64,000 nucleotides of DNA, from contig NC_057719.1 of NCBI RefSeq assembly GCF_004010195.1, forward strand, positions 90,316,515-90,380,514, given 5' to 3'. The stretch is from Chiloscyllium plagiosum (Eukaryota). Below are positions 50,950 to 64,000 of the stretch, in pieces; the first letter of the stretch is position 1, and every line of letters starts with the position of its first letter. The position numbers were made by a program, and so were the translations under genes. The notes below the pieces were generated by a model. The model had not been told where the DNA came from and made no database searches. It saw only the letters and a list, made by a program, of their open reading frames with translations.

Positions 50950-51210
50950 AGCTGAAAAATGTGTTGCTGGAAAAGTGCAGCAGGTCAGGCAGCAAAGGAG
51001 CAGGAGAATCGCCGTTTCGGGCATAAGCCCTTCTTCAGGCATGAGGAGGGTGTGCCAAGCAGGCTAGATAAAAGGTAGGGAGGAGGGACTTGGGGGAGGG
51101 GTGTTGGGAATGCCAACGTTTGCGAAACGTTTCAGAGAACACCTCTGGGACACCTGCACCAACCAACCCAACCGTCCCGTGGCTGAACACTTTAACTCCC
51201 CCTCCCTCGG
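50950..51210. mobile_element. PLE remnant: inverted terminal repeat piece joined to a GIY-YIG fragment
   Basis: Minus-strand CTGAAGA-A-GGGC-TTAT-GCCC-GAAA-CGGC at 51038-51011; plus-strand RFREHLWDT..NRPVAEHFNSPS. Confidence 0.8.
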
Positions 51211-51217
51211 GTCCCAC

Positions 51218-51516
51218 GTGAGGGTACCAATCCCAGACTGCTTCACCGCAACACCGACTGTGAGGGTACCGATCCCAGACTACCTCACCGTGACACCAAC
51301 TGTGAGGGTACCGATCCCAGACTGCTTCACCGTGACACCGACTGTGAGGGTACCGATCCCAGACTACCTCACCGTGACACCGACTGTGAGGGTACCGATC
51401 CCAGACTGCTTCACCGTGACACCGACTGTGAGGGTACCGATCCTAGACAGCTTCACCGCAACACCCGACTGAGGGTACCAATCCCAAACAGCTTCACCAT
51501 GACACCGACTGTGAGG
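51218..51516. repeat. 42-bp minisatellite, about 7 copies
   Basis: Unit gtgagggtaccgatcccagactgcttcaccgtgacaccgact, alternating with a ..gactacctcacc.. variant. Confidence 0.95.
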
Positions 51517-52194
51517 ACATCATCTATCCTCTGTTATACAATCAAGACTAGTTCTCTAAACTATGAAAAGATTTATTATTGACACTTGGACGAAGACAGA
51601 CTGGAATCCTTTTAGCCATTAGCCACAACCATGAATGGTTTGAAACAGTGGGCCTCCCCAGAATTCCATTAACTTTTCACAATCCCTATAGGAACCAAAT
51701 GAACTGAATTTCCTGTATGACCAAACTGGAAAGAAGGAAAAGGATTTAAATGCTTTCACTACGTTTACATTATCCATTCAGAATCGATAGTAATTAAACA
51801 TGACTTAACAGGAAAACAAATTACACTTTCAATAGCAGACAGAATGAAGGTGGATCTGTCAGATTTAGTTCACTCAGCTGACACAACTCCACTTCCATCC
51901 ACAAAGTCCTCGAAGGCATTCAACCTCCTCTGACAGAATGCCAGCTCTTCTATTTCAAACAATTTAACCAGAAAACAGTATCCAGTGTTCTACAGGAATA
52001 GTCTTCACAAAAATAGTGCATATCTCAGCAGAACTACCTAATTTCTACTCACAACAGTCTTGATGATACAGAATCATCATACTGAACCCTCCACAAAAAC
52101 AATATACAGCTGGTTCCAGTCAGTTTCTTCCAAAAGAAAACTGAAGCAGCAGCAGCAGCAGTCATCATCATCTTCACTTCACTCCCAAATCTAG

Positions 52195-53750
52195 CATCAT
52201 ATGCTCGAACAGATTGATGTTGAGGAGGAGGATGTGCTGCAAGTTTTGAAAAACATGAGGACAGTTAAGTACGTCCCTTGAGCCACTTGGAATATACCCA
52301 CGATTACTATAGGAACAGAGGGAAGAGATTGCTGGGCCTTTGGCGATGATCTTTGCACCTTCACCATGCACTAGAATAGTACCAGATGATTGCAGGGTGG
52401 TAATTGTTATTCCCTTGTTCAAGGGAATAGGGATAACCCTAGGAATTACAGACCAGTCAGCGAAATATTGGAGAGGATTTTGAAAGACAGGATTGATGAT
52501 TATTTTGAAAAGTACAGGTTGATTAGAGATAGTCAGCATGGCTTTGAGAGGGGCAGGTCATGCCTCACAAGCCTCATTGAATTCTGTTAGGCTGTAACAA
52601 AATACATTGAATAAAGTACAGCAGTGGATGTGATGTATATGGATTTTAGAAAGGTGTTTGTTGAAGTAAGGAGACATGGGATACAGGGAAATTTGGCTGG
52701 TTGGATACACAGGGTGATATTTGATGGAAAGTATTCACCCTGGAGCTCTATGGCTAGTGGTGCTCCGCAGCGATCTGTTCTGGGACATCTGCTCTTTGTT
52801 ACTTTGTTACTGCTCTTTGTGACTTGGATGAGAAGTAGAAGGGTGGGTTAGTAAGTTTGCTTATGACACGAAGATTGGTTGAGTTGTGGATAGTGTGGTG
52901 GGCTGTTGTAGGTTGTAACAGGACATTGACAGGATGCAGAACTGGGCTGAGAAGTGGCAGATGGAGTTCAACCTGGAAGAGTGTGAAGTGATTTATGTTG
53001 GAACAAATTTGAATGCAGATTACAGGGTTAAAGGCAGGATTCTGGGCAGTGTGGAGGTACTTGAGGTCCACGTCCATTGATCCCTCAAAGTTGCCATTCA
53101 AGTTGATAGGTGTTGAGAAGGTGTATAGTGTGTTGGCCTTCACTAGCAGGGGGATTGAATTTAAGTGCCGCGAGGTTACGCTACAGCTCTATAAAGCCCT
53201 AGTTAGGCCACACTTGGAATACTGTGTTCAGTTCTGGCCGCCTCATTATAGGAAGGATATGCAAGCTTTAGAGAGGGTGCAGAGGAGATTTACTAGGATG
53301 CTGCCTGGACTGGAGAGCATGTCTTATGAAGAAAGGTTGAAAGAGCTAGGGCTTTTCTCATTGAAGCCAAGAAGGATGAGAATTCATTTCATAGAGGTGT
53401 ATAAGATGATGAGAGGCACAGATAGACTGGATAGCCAGAGATCTTTTCCCAGGGTGAAAATGTCTATCACAAGGGGGCATAATTTTCAAGTGATTGGAGG
53501 AAGGTTTAGGGGAGAGGTCAGAGGTAGGCTCTTTACACAAGAGTGGAGAGTGCATGGAATGCATTGCCAGAATTGGTGGTAGAGTCAGATACATTAGGGA
53601 CATTTAAGTGACACTTGGATAGGCACATGGATGGTAGTAAAATGGAGGGTAAGTTGGTTAGTTTGATATTAGAGTAGGATAAAAGGTCTGCTCAACATCG
53701 AGGGCCAAAGGGCCTGTACTGCGCTGTAATGTTGTATGTTCTATGTTCGT
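52195..53750 (+). mobile_element. CR1 LINE ORF2 RT plus 3'UTR
   Basis: NYRPVS, GRSCLTSLIEF, YMDFRKVF, LYKALVRPHLEYCVQFW; tail gttctatgttc. Confidence 0.93.
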
Positions 53751-55754
53751 CTTTCAAAATGCACCACAACTCCTTTTCTCCAACTTGGCAACATTGGCCA
53801 AGTTTCCCTTCAACTGGGATTGAACAGGATGTTTTCACACCACGTCCTTCTTTACATGATCACAGACTGTAAGAGATGGAGGTCAGGCACCTGATCACCC
53901 AATTCAGGCTTCACTGCACTCTCTCTACAGAGCAGGCCCCTCAGACACTGGAGCACTCAATAGGGATTATAATGCAAAGTCTACAAGCCCAAAGTCAGAT
54001 TGAAGGAGGGAGGGTCACCCGATTTGAAATGTTAACTCTGCTTTCTTTCCACAGATGTCATCACACCTACTGAGCTTCTGCAGCAAACAATGCTTCAGGT
54101 GTGGTCTCACTAAGGCCTAGACCACTGTGGATCTTCACACAAATTTCAATCTCTTGGTAAGATAAAAATGGTGCAGCTTCCTTCAATGGAACGACAACAA
54201 AAGGACATGACATTCCAAGCCAGAAACTCAATCATTCAAGGCCCTATTTCCAACAACACCCTGTGGCTGAGACCACCAGCAAGCATCCCCACTTCTGATG
54301 ACAGACATGGAGATCACATCAAAAAGATGAACACAGCAAGAAAAGGCCAACATATCATGTGCTTTCCGAACTGCCTCTGCCATTAAGATGGGAAAAGTAA
54401 TGCTTTCACTAGCATTTGTTTTTCTGTAAACAACACCTGTTAAAAAATATTGGGGAGATTTCAGTACAACTTGGTATACTAACAGGATATGGCCCAAGCA
54501 TTTACTTTTGGTGAAGATGCAGTTCTAGAGGCTGGAATCCAATCAAGGATAATTTAATACTGGGAGACAGGAACATTTGTCGTTTTAAAAAAGAATGTCA
54601 TTGGTTGTTTGCAACAGAACTTATGACTATTATCTAAACATGAGCAGAATTTTGAGGGCAGGTTGTTAGATGTGGATTGGTCTAGAGTTTCCTCAGTGAG
54701 ATAGGAATTCTTAAGAAAAAGATTTAGTTTTTCAGCATTGTTATTGCATAGTAACAAACAGGCAGAGAAAAGCCTCAAGGAAAAGTTGCAGAATTGTAAA
54801 CAGGAAAGGAAAGCTTTGGAATCTGTGAGTGGCTTCTTCATTTTTTGCTTAGCCTGCATGTTAACTTCCTATGATTCATGTGTGAAGAAATCTAAACCTC
54901 CAAGCATAAACATTTCTTAAGTTCTCTCCATGTTTTAAAAAAATTCTGCTTCACATTTTTTCACATTCTATTAATTTTGTTTTTATATTATTGCCCACTC
55001 ACATAACCTATGTCCTTTTGTGCCCAACACAAAGTTTGGTTTCCCACTTAACTTTGCATCATGACACTTGATTTAGTCATTGATATAGACTGTAAATAGT
55101 CAAGGTCCAAGCAATGACCCTTTTGATACCCTACTAGTTCCAGCCCATCAATCTGAAAATAGCCTGCTCATTCCTATTCTATCCATTAAACAGACCTGGA
55201 TTCATTCCAATACACAGCAGCCAATTTTACGAGCCTTAATTTTATGCAACTCTGTCATGGCGCATAAATAGACCTTTTTAAAATCTGAGTGCACTAGATC
55301 CAGCATCTTCCAATGGCACTACTCTGATTCCTGGGATGGTAAGCCTGGCACACAAGGACAGAGTGAATCAGTTAGGATTACATTCACTGGAGTTCAGAAG
55401 AGTGAGGAGGGATCTGATAGAAACGTATAAGATCCTAAGGAAGGTAATTCCAAATAAATGGGGTGTCTAGAACCAGGGATCACAGCATAAGAATACAGGG
55501 GGTAATCTATTTAGGACCGAGATGAGAAATTTTTATGACCTAAGCTTTGGTAAGCCTGTGGAAGTCACTACTACAGATGCAGTCAAGACCAAAACATTGT
55601 ATGATTTCAAGGAGTTGGCACTGAGGAGACCATAGCATTTAGGGTTTTGATGGTGGTTGTGGTAGTGGGGGGTGTGGGCAAACAGTTTGAAAGGAACAGG
55701 CTATTGTATTGGATGATCAGCCATAACCAGGATTAATGATAGTGCTGGTGCAGA

Positions 55755-56003
55755 CAGGCTTCACCAGAGGCACACTGACCATGTTACCTAGTAATGGTGA
55801 CAAAACGTCTGTGAACACACTTAGCTCAGCAAGCAAGTCAACATTTATTTGAAATCACAAGCTTTTGGAATGATGCTGCTTTCTCAGGTAAAGTGCCAGT
55901 CACCAGCACTCCAAAACCTTGGTGATTTCAAATAAACCTGTTTGACCATAACCTCATGTCATGTGGCTTCTGATTTGTCCACCCCAATCCAACACCGACA
56001 CCA
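55755..56003. mobile_element. Two adjacent degenerate PLE terminal remnants
   Basis: Hammerhead-like 55771-55813, then a decayed palindrome and tail resembling the 6.3-kb and 19.3-kb family. Confidence 0.6.
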
Positions 56004-56019
56004 TATGCTGAATAAGAGT

Positions 56020-56365
56020 CAGCATGGTTCAGTTTGTTGCTCTCTTGCTCAAAGTCACAAGGTTCTGGGCTTGCGTCCCAATGAACAGCTTGGAAATAAC
56101 GGCTAAAGTCAACATTCCAGTGTAACACTGAATGAGTGCTGAAATTTTGGAGGTGACGTCTTTTGCAAGAGACATTAAACCGAAGCTCCAACCACCTGTT
56201 CTAGTGGATATAAACAATTCCATGTCATGACTTTGAAGGGGAGTAGGGGAGCTATCCCTGGTGTCCTGGCCACTCAACATCATTAGAATCGATTATCTGG
56301 TCATTATCAGAATGTTGCCTGAAGTGCACATTGACTGCCCAGTTTCTTACATTACGACTTCAACA
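56020..56365 (+). mobile_element. DeuSINE/SacSINE1-like SINE
   Basis: gagacattaaaccgaagctcc..ggagctatccctggtgtcctggcca..gattatctggtcattatca core, similar to 9600-10015. Confidence 0.65.
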
Positions 56366-59300
56366 TTCAGAGAATCATGGAATCACTACGGTGAAGAAGA
56401 GATCATTTGACCCATTTTGCCTGTACTGGGATGCAAAACACTTCAATACATGCCACTGTCAGAGGATGTTTCAAAGGAATACGATTCTGTTTGTTTTACA
56501 TATTACTACTGTGAGGCAAACAAGTCCACAGTTCTCTTTATTCCTTCTTTTCCAGAACAGCAAAGGTGTTTTGCCACTCTCCAATCCAAGGAGCCTGGTC
56601 GAGAATCTAAGAAATTCTGCAATATCAAAAACAATGTATTGCTTGCATGCACCAAACTCTAACTCAGTTCATATTCTATTTCATACTTACTGAATGAAAG
56701 CAACTTCTGGGCAACTTACCCAAGCCGTTATTGTACCCTAGATACTTAGCGAGTGTTTGTTGCAACACTAATCTTGTGACTCAGTTCAGTCACTTAAAAA
56801 TAGGCTTTGCAAAATTCTGACTCAGAAATGGTACATGATTTCCCGTGACAATAAAAGGAACTGTAACCACTGATGTGCAATCCCTGAGCTAGAAACGGCT
56901 GATATGATAATTTATCAATATTCGCCAACAAACCAAGTTAAAAGCAAATCAGATGTTTTCTACCTGGGGGCTAATGGACAACCCATTATGAGATTTGACT
57001 GCAAAACAAATTCAAGTTCCATAACTTTAATGAGAGCAGGTTATAAAATTTATTGCTGCAGGTCCACCCCTCCCAAAACATGAGTCCATTTGTAATGTCA
57101 TGAGTGAAACAGTGCTTATGATGCATCATCTCCAATTCCAGTGCCTGAAGCAGAATGAATGAAAACCCACTTCAATATAAGATAGAGTCAAAATTCTGCT
57201 TCAGAATTTTGGTTCAAAACACTGAATTTTAAATCAAATACACATGCCATCTTTCAATTAGCCAGATGCCAATAGTGATCTTCATTCATATATCAAGTTC
57301 ATTGCTGAATACAAAATTATTCAGTTAGCCAGTACTATGAGCTGGTTTCCTGAAATATAAATCTCCTAAGGTTATATGAAAGTAGGAGGAGTTGATTCTT
57401 TGTTCCCTTGTGTCTGACATCATTTCATGAGATCACAACTGATTTGACCACAAGATCAGAAGAAATAGGAACAGGAGTTGGCCATTTGGCCCCTCAAGCC
57501 AATTTAATCCCCTCTACCATTCAATAGGATCATGGCACATCCAATCTGATTGTGGTTTCAACTTCACTTCAAAAAAATCTTAAGGTATACTAACTCAAGA
57601 ACATGTTCAGCTGCCAGTTCTCCTGACTATCAAAACCTTTACTAATACCTTGACAAAAATGCATAATCTCACCTACAGTAGAAATAATAATGGTCACAAC
57701 AAGGAAGCTGGCTCTTCCAATCCAATGCATTATGTGTGACCGTGAAAGCACTAAAACAGGTTAAGGAGAACAATTATGTATTTGCTAAAATAACCATTTA
57801 CAGTTATAAATATACAGTACTTTTCTCGACTTTTTAATGCATTTCTCACATTAATGCACTATCCTGCATTGGATCTAAAGAGAAGGTTAATGCAATACAA
57901 TTGGAAGCCACAAATGAACCATTAAACAGCTACATGAAGCTCTGGAACCACCCATTCTGAACAATTCGCAAATACTGTAATTCCCTCGGCAAACACTCAT
58001 CCTTGTACAAAGCCTGAGCAGCTCACCAGAAAACCGGAGTACACAACAAACTGGAAGACCAATGGGAAGGAAGGGACATGCCAAACCCCAACAAAATCAA
58101 ACTTTCCAGTTTCATGCCATTTTTATATTCCAAGTTTGCTTTCAATAAGGTCTTCCAGCTCGAGGTGCTGTGCAAGGAATTCCTTTCTATTGGCACAGAG
58201 ACCTACAGAACAGAAAAAGGCTCTTTGGCCTCAGGTCTATGCCAGTCAAAAACAAATCTCAATTTCCAGCACTTGGCCCATGTACCTTAAATGCCTTGGC
58301 ATCACAAGAGCGCCACATCTAAATACGTCTTCAATATTTTTACAGATTCTGCCTATACATTTACAGGCTGAGTGTTTCAGATTGTGGTGTCAACTGCACA
58401 GTAGATCAAAAAGAAAATCTGCACAATCACAACAATTTCTCATCACAGCTCAGCTGCAAGAGAAGACAAAGACAACCAAATTCAAACTCGATTCAATAAC
58501 AGACAAGCATTGTGAAGCTGCAGATCTGAAAGAAATACAGATTGCTGGAATGGATCAGCAGGTCTGGGAAGATCTGTGGAGAGATTAAGAGTTAACATCT
58601 CAAGTCCAGAGTGACTGTTCTTCAGAATAGATGGTCAAATTCAATTCAATTAACCTGAATACATGGAGCTGTAAAAGGCCGCAACCTCTTTGACAGCACT
58701 TACTTTGCTACATGTGGTTACTATCTGTGGAAGTAGTCTGGTTTGAACCATTCGATGCCCATATAATCATGAGGTGGGGATATCCCACTGATTATAAAAG
58801 CTGAATAACTGGCAAATACATAATAAGAACAGGGTTCACTACAAGAACTGAAAAAGATAACAAAGAGTCAACAGGAAAGATGCTGGCCTGAAACCAAAGT
58901 TCAATAAGCTAACAGGATTGGTTAAAATTAATAGGGCAGAAAAAAAAATAACAAGCAGTTTGACACACTGTAGTGATAAATCATCAGACAGGAGCAGAGT
59001 ACAAGCTGAGTATTCCTATAACAAACATAAGCATCAAATAATAGATTTATAGAAAAGTAAGAGTACGGATACTGAACTGAAGCTTAAAAAGGAGGAAAAT
59101 GATAAAGTTTCCCTTGTCTCACTTCATAACAAAAGATAGATTTCGGTGGATAGCAACATAGTGACATAAATGAAGCTACACTTCACAGAAAACTAAGCAA
59201 ATTGAATCCAAGTATGGAAGGAGGAATAAAACAGAACGAGAACTGCAACACGGAAGCCTGAAAAATAATCATCTTGTCGCACTAATCTGCATATAGCACA

Positions 59301-60234
59301 ATAGCAAAACAGCAATACTTCTTTGAAGATTTTACTGTTCGAAAAGGTTACTGACTGCAAAGTGAATTGTACAGTGAAGTGGTACACATTTTAAGAAGGA
59401 ATGGCTAGCCAGAACACAAAATACAAGGAAATTTATGTTTTCAAAAATAACATAAGAATCTACAAAAAAGGAGCTCAGGTACCCAACCAAAACCCAACAA
59501 GATAACCCCTTAAAACAAAAAAGACATTTTAGGAAAACCATTACAAAAATGAAGGCATTCTGAAAATAAAATCTGTAACAGGGTGAGAAATTGAAAATCT
59601 ATGCCACCTTACTAAAATCAAACCAGCAACACAGTTGAAACCTGACTGCCCCTAAATACATCCAGAAATCTTGACTCCCTACTCAACAAACTATGGTTGA
59701 TAGAGCAGAATCACATTGTAAAATTATGTGCCAGCACTGCACACAAACCATGCCCTCCCCACAGTGGCTATATAAATAAGTGCATCAAGCAATGTGGTCA
59801 CCAAGCAACTCCTCTATTCTTTCTGCACAGAATAAGCCAATCTTATCCAATTACTAGTGGTACCAAAAAGATCAGTCTCATGGCCCTCCAGCAAGATACA
59901 TACCCCTCATTTGAGCAATATACTGAAGGGCTTATTAATAACAATGAAGCCCTTTTGCAAGTCCATGTTGTCACATGAAGAGAGATTAAGAGCAAAAGAA
60001 GAAAGATAGATATACTGCACACAATTCATCCTTTCACTACTGATCCAATCTATACATCCTCTACTTACTCCATTCACATTCAGTGCCTGACAAAATAATT
60101 TAAAGTAGTCTAATTTTTATAAATCACCATGACTTTATTAATGAACACATATCAAATTCTATTACAAATTTGGCATCAAGCAATATTTACTCAAACTTAT
60201 CTGTTAACTTATGGTAACCGCACTTGCCCACATA

Positions 60235-62200
60235 GAAAACACGAAGGAGCTCAAATGGGGAGTTAGGAGGGTGAAAAGGGTGATGAAATGTCCTTGGCCA
60301 GCAGGGCAAAGGAGAACCCCAAGGCACTTTGTGTGTGTGTCTGCATGTGTATTTTATACACATATATTAGAAGAGAGTAGTATGGCAAAGAGTAGGTTAA
60401 AGGAGGGAGGTAATGTAATGTATTGAGCCAGAAAAAACAGATGAGATCCTTAATGAGTACTTTACATTGGTCTTCACCAAAGAAAGGGGTGTGACAGATG
60501 TTGAGGCTAGAGAAAGGTGCATGCACACCCTCAGATAGTCAACACAATGAAGGAGGAAATGCTGGGTGTCTTGAAATATGTTAAGGTAGACAAGTCCCTA
60601 GGGCCAGACAGGATCTATCCCAGGATACAGTGGGAGATAGGGGGGAAAAAAGTAGGAGATGCCTTAACAGATACCGTTGCATGCTCCTTGGCTTCAGGCA
60701 AGGTTCCAGAAGGCTGAGAATGACCAATGCTGTTCCTTTAATTAAAGAGGGAAACCGACATAATCCGGCAATTACAGGCCAGTGACCTAGACGTCAGTGG
60801 TGGTGAAGCTGTTGGAGCAGATAGTGAAAGACAAAATTTAGTTACATTTGTCAGCAAATGGACTTGTCAGTGGGTTTGCACAGGGATGATCACGTCTCAC
60901 CAACTTGATTGCATTTATTTGGGTAGTGTCAAGACTTTTGAGGGAAGGACAACAGATATTGTCTAGATAGACAAGATACCAGGCTGATACAAAATACAGA
61001 GGAACCTCAATTATCCGGCATTCAATCACCCGAATTTTGGATTATTCAAACAAGATCGCAAGGTTCCAATGCTTGGCAAAACTATATTTTTGATTAACTG
61101 AACAAAATACTCCCCACTTGTGTCCTTCAGATAATCAAGATTCCTCCGAATAGAGTCTCATGGGATCTGAGGTGAGGTGGCCAGATGGATACAAAACTAG
61201 CTTGGTCATAGAAGACAGAAGGGTGCTTTTCAGAATGGAATTCACTAATTAGTGGTGTTCCATAATGATCATCGCTGGGACCTTTATTGCTTATATATAG
61301 ATGATCTTGAGGAAAATGTAGATGGTCTGATTCGTACGTTTGCGGATGACACCAAAATTGAGAGTTCCAGATACTGAGGAGTTAAAGTGATGGTGATAGT
61401 TAAAGGATACGGCGGGATATAAACTACAGATTTGAGCAGAGGAATAGCAGATGGAGTTTAATCCAAACAAATTTGATGGGATGCATTTTAGATGGTCAAA
61501 TTCAGGTACGAATTATACAATAAATGGCAGAACCCTGAGAAGCACTAACATAGAAAGGAATCTGGGCATACAGGTTCACAGATCACTCTCAGTGGATAAG
61601 GGAGTCAAGAAGGCATACAGCACACTTATCTTCATCGGCCAGCATGTAAAATATATAAAAGTTGGTCTGTTATGTTACAGCTGTAGAAATCTTTAGTTAG
61701 GCCACATTTGGATAACAGAATTCCACACTACCAAAAGGGTGTGTATGCTTTAGAGAGGGTTCAGAGGCTTCTGGTCTGCAGGGTTTTAGTAATGAGGAGA
61801 GGTTGGGTAAACTCTGACTGCTTTCATTGCAAAGACGGAGGCTGAGAGGTAACTTGATAAAGGGCTACAAAATTATGAGAGGCAGAGATAGGTTGGATAG
61901 TCAGAGGCTTTCTCCCCAGGGTGGAAAGGTCAACTACAAGAGGGCACATGTTCAATGTGAGAGGGGGAAGATTTAGGAGAGAAGTGCCAGGAAAAGTTTT
62001 CACACAGGTAGGTGCCTGGAAAAATACTGCCAGTGGAAGTAGACATGTTAACAACATTTAAGGTGTATATTGATAGACATGAGTGGAAGGCAAACAGGGG
62101 GATAGAAAGCACGCAAGGGCAAAAGACGCAGGTCTAAATAAGGGTTACTAATCGGTGCAGGCTTGGTAGGCCGCAGGGCCTGTTCCTGTGCTGTGTTGTG
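60235..62200 (+). mobile_element. CR1 LINE ORF2 plus 3' end, decayed
   Basis: VKVDKSLGPDRIYPRI, FADDTK, MEFNPNK motifs. Confidence 0.9.
60997..61148. mobile_element. MITE with ~21-bp TIRs (Tc1/pogo-like) nested in CR1
   Basis: Left cagaggaacctcaattatccg and right cagataatcaagattcctccg form an imperfect inverted match; TA on the left flank. Confidence 0.65.
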
Positions 62201-63085
62201 TTGTATTATATTCTATCAAAATCCCCAACTTGGACGCAAAGGAATGACTTCCGCCCCTTTTTCTTAGGTCTACGTGCACATCTAAACTCTAGAAGAAGAA
62301 TTAGGCAATCCAGTCTGAGGGGTTTTTTTTGCTGAAAGAGCTCTGTTACAATTTAAATAAAAGCACAGACCTTTGTATTTCACGAGCATCGTTCATGATC
62401 CGAGAACATTCCTAAGTGCTTTGCAGCACTGTCTAGGACACCAAGAGTGGATGCCAAGAGTTGTGAACTTGGAGAAATCTGCTTCCCATAACCTTTCAAT
62501 GCCTATTATCCCGAGAAATTAACCCAAATGCTAACCTTTTAAGAACAAACCAATTATTAATTAGCTTCTAACCAAATGTATCCATTTGTTTATGCCCAAC
62601 TTTATGATGTACAGTTCACTATTAACTACACAAACTTTGTAAACATTGTTATATACACTGCTGTTTCTAATTCTATCCGAAAGGTTTAAGAGACAGGATT
62701 GGATTTTTTTCATCAGTTTGAAAAATTAGATAAATAGTTGAGAAGTTTTTTTTTAAAATGTTAAAGCCTGGCAAAGTGCTGGAAAGACAAATTGACTATA
62801 CATGACCCATTTATAGCACCTGCCTTCATTCTCTCTGCCAATGCAACGCCCCTGGTGCTCACCTTCCACCCTACCAAATCATCCGCCGACATTTCCGCCA
62901 CCTCCAAACAGACCCCACCACCAGGGATATATTTCCCTCCCCACCGCTTTCCGCTTTCCACAAAGACTGTTCCCTCCGTGACTACCTGGTCAGGTCCACG
63001 CCCCCCTACAACCCACCCTCCCATCCTGGCACTTTCCCCTACCACCGCAGGAACTGTAAAACCTGCGCCCACACCTCCTCCCTCA

Positions 63086-63164
63086 NNNNNNNNNNNNNNN
63101 NNNNNNNNNNNNNNNNNNNNNNNNNNNNNNNNNNNNNNNNNNNNNNNNNNNNNNNNNNNNNNNN
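63086..63164. other. Assembly gap (79 N)
   Basis: Run of N. Confidence 1.
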
Positions 63165-63452
63165 GCCTTGGAACACTTCAACCCCAGGGCATCAATGTGG
63201 ACTTCAACAGTCTCCTCATTTCCCCTTCCCCCACCTCATTCTAGTTCTAAACTTCCAGCTCAGCACTGTCCCATGACTTGTCCGGAGTTGTCCTACCTAT
63301 CTCCTTTTCCACCTATCCACTCCACCCTCTCCTCCCTGACCTATCACCTTCATCCCCTCCCCCACTCACCCATTGTACTCTATGCTACTTTCTCCCCACC
63401 CCCACCCTCCTCTCGCTTATCTCTCCACGCTTCAGGCTCTCTGCCTTTATTC

Positions 63453-63480
63453 CTGATGAAGGGCTTTTGCCTGAAACGTC
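63453..63480 (+). ncRNA. Minimal hammerhead ribozyme motif (PLE type)
   Basis: Both catalytic boxes, stem II and the GUC triplet are present; helix III is reduced to palindromic ACGT; helix I is weak. Confidence 0.6.
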
Positions 63481-64000
63481 GATTTCAAAGCTCCTTGGAT
63501 GCTGCCTGAACTGCTGTGCTCTTTTAGCACCACCAATCCAGAATCTGGTTTCCAGCATCTGCAGTCATTGTTTTTACCTCAATGCAAAATGGAGTAAATA
63601 ATAACAATAACATCTGCAAAATGCATCACAAATTTAAGGTAGTCGCTAATGAATCTCAAAAGGATTCTGGAGAATGTTTCTTCCCCCAGAGTGTGCTTGA
63701 CAGGTGCAATTCACTACTGGAATGTAGTGGTAAATAGCCCAGATGTATTTAAAATACATTAGAAAAAGAGAGGTAAAAGCTTCTAAATAAGGTTAAATTA
63801 TATGAAACAGCATTCATGGAACTGCAAAAGGATAGTATACTGGTAGAGCAAGGAATTTGGAAATCTAATAGAGTGCGATCGTTTATTGCAAGGGGAACGG
63901 AATACAAATACAGTATGCAGCATTGGTTTCCTTATTTAAGGAACATTGGAGATGGTTCAGAGAAAGTTTATTAGATTGATGCCTTGTGTGGAAAGGTTAG

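Larger units (their letters stand above)
62805..63580 (+). mobile_element. Penelope-like element 3' part with terminal hammerhead core
   Basis: PLVLTFHPT and LGTLQPQGINVDF (PLE C-terminal motifs), pyrimidine-rich 3'UTR, CTGATGA-A-GGGC-TTTT-GCCT-GAAA-CGTC at 63453-63480. Confidence 0.88.

Noticed and set aside
51218..51516. CRISPR-like regularly spaced repeats
   Set aside because: Units are contiguous with no unique spacers, there are no cas genes, and the context is eukaryotic; it is a minisatellite.
52146..52172. (CAG)n/(CAT)n as a polyQ coding tract
   Set aside because: Short, with no exon context or ORF support.
53013..53582. Longest plus-strand ORF (189 aa), and the 190-aa ORF at 26402-26974
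   Set aside because: Fragments of decayed CR1 ORF2, not host genes or intact elements.

Overview
Vertebrate nuclear DNA, almost certainly a cartilaginous fish (shark-like), inferred from HE1-type SINEs, HER1/CR1 LINEs and DeuSINE-type repeats. The window lies inside a minus-strand NUMB gene. I can read two coding exons: the ATG exon at 42536-42678 ([12 protein letters not shown]...CSFQVK) and the 75-nt PTB-domain exon at 23253-23327 (YLGHVEVDESRGMHICEEAVKRLKS), separated by a 19.2-kb phase-0 GT-AG intron. The rest is intronic and dominated by decayed retroelements: CR1 LINEs, Penelope-like elements (PLEs), SINEs, two probable solo LTRs, a MITE and tandem repeats. The most notable non-gene signal is a population of short, often palindromic PLE-derived insertions carrying minimal hammerhead-ribozyme cores (CUGANGA-stem II-GAAA-palindromic tetramer) from several sequence families. 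Two copies with intact cores are sense to the NUMB pre-mRNA. Hammerheads in PLEs are a known class; their activity here is untested. Other leads are a candidate upstream exon whose ORF is in frame with NUMB but stops one base before the donor, candidate poison/micro-exons, and inverted SINE pairs around both coding exons. No prokaryotic-type system (CRISPR, operon) is supported. Repeat boundaries are by eye and approximate, and family names come from recalled consensus motifs, not from a search.
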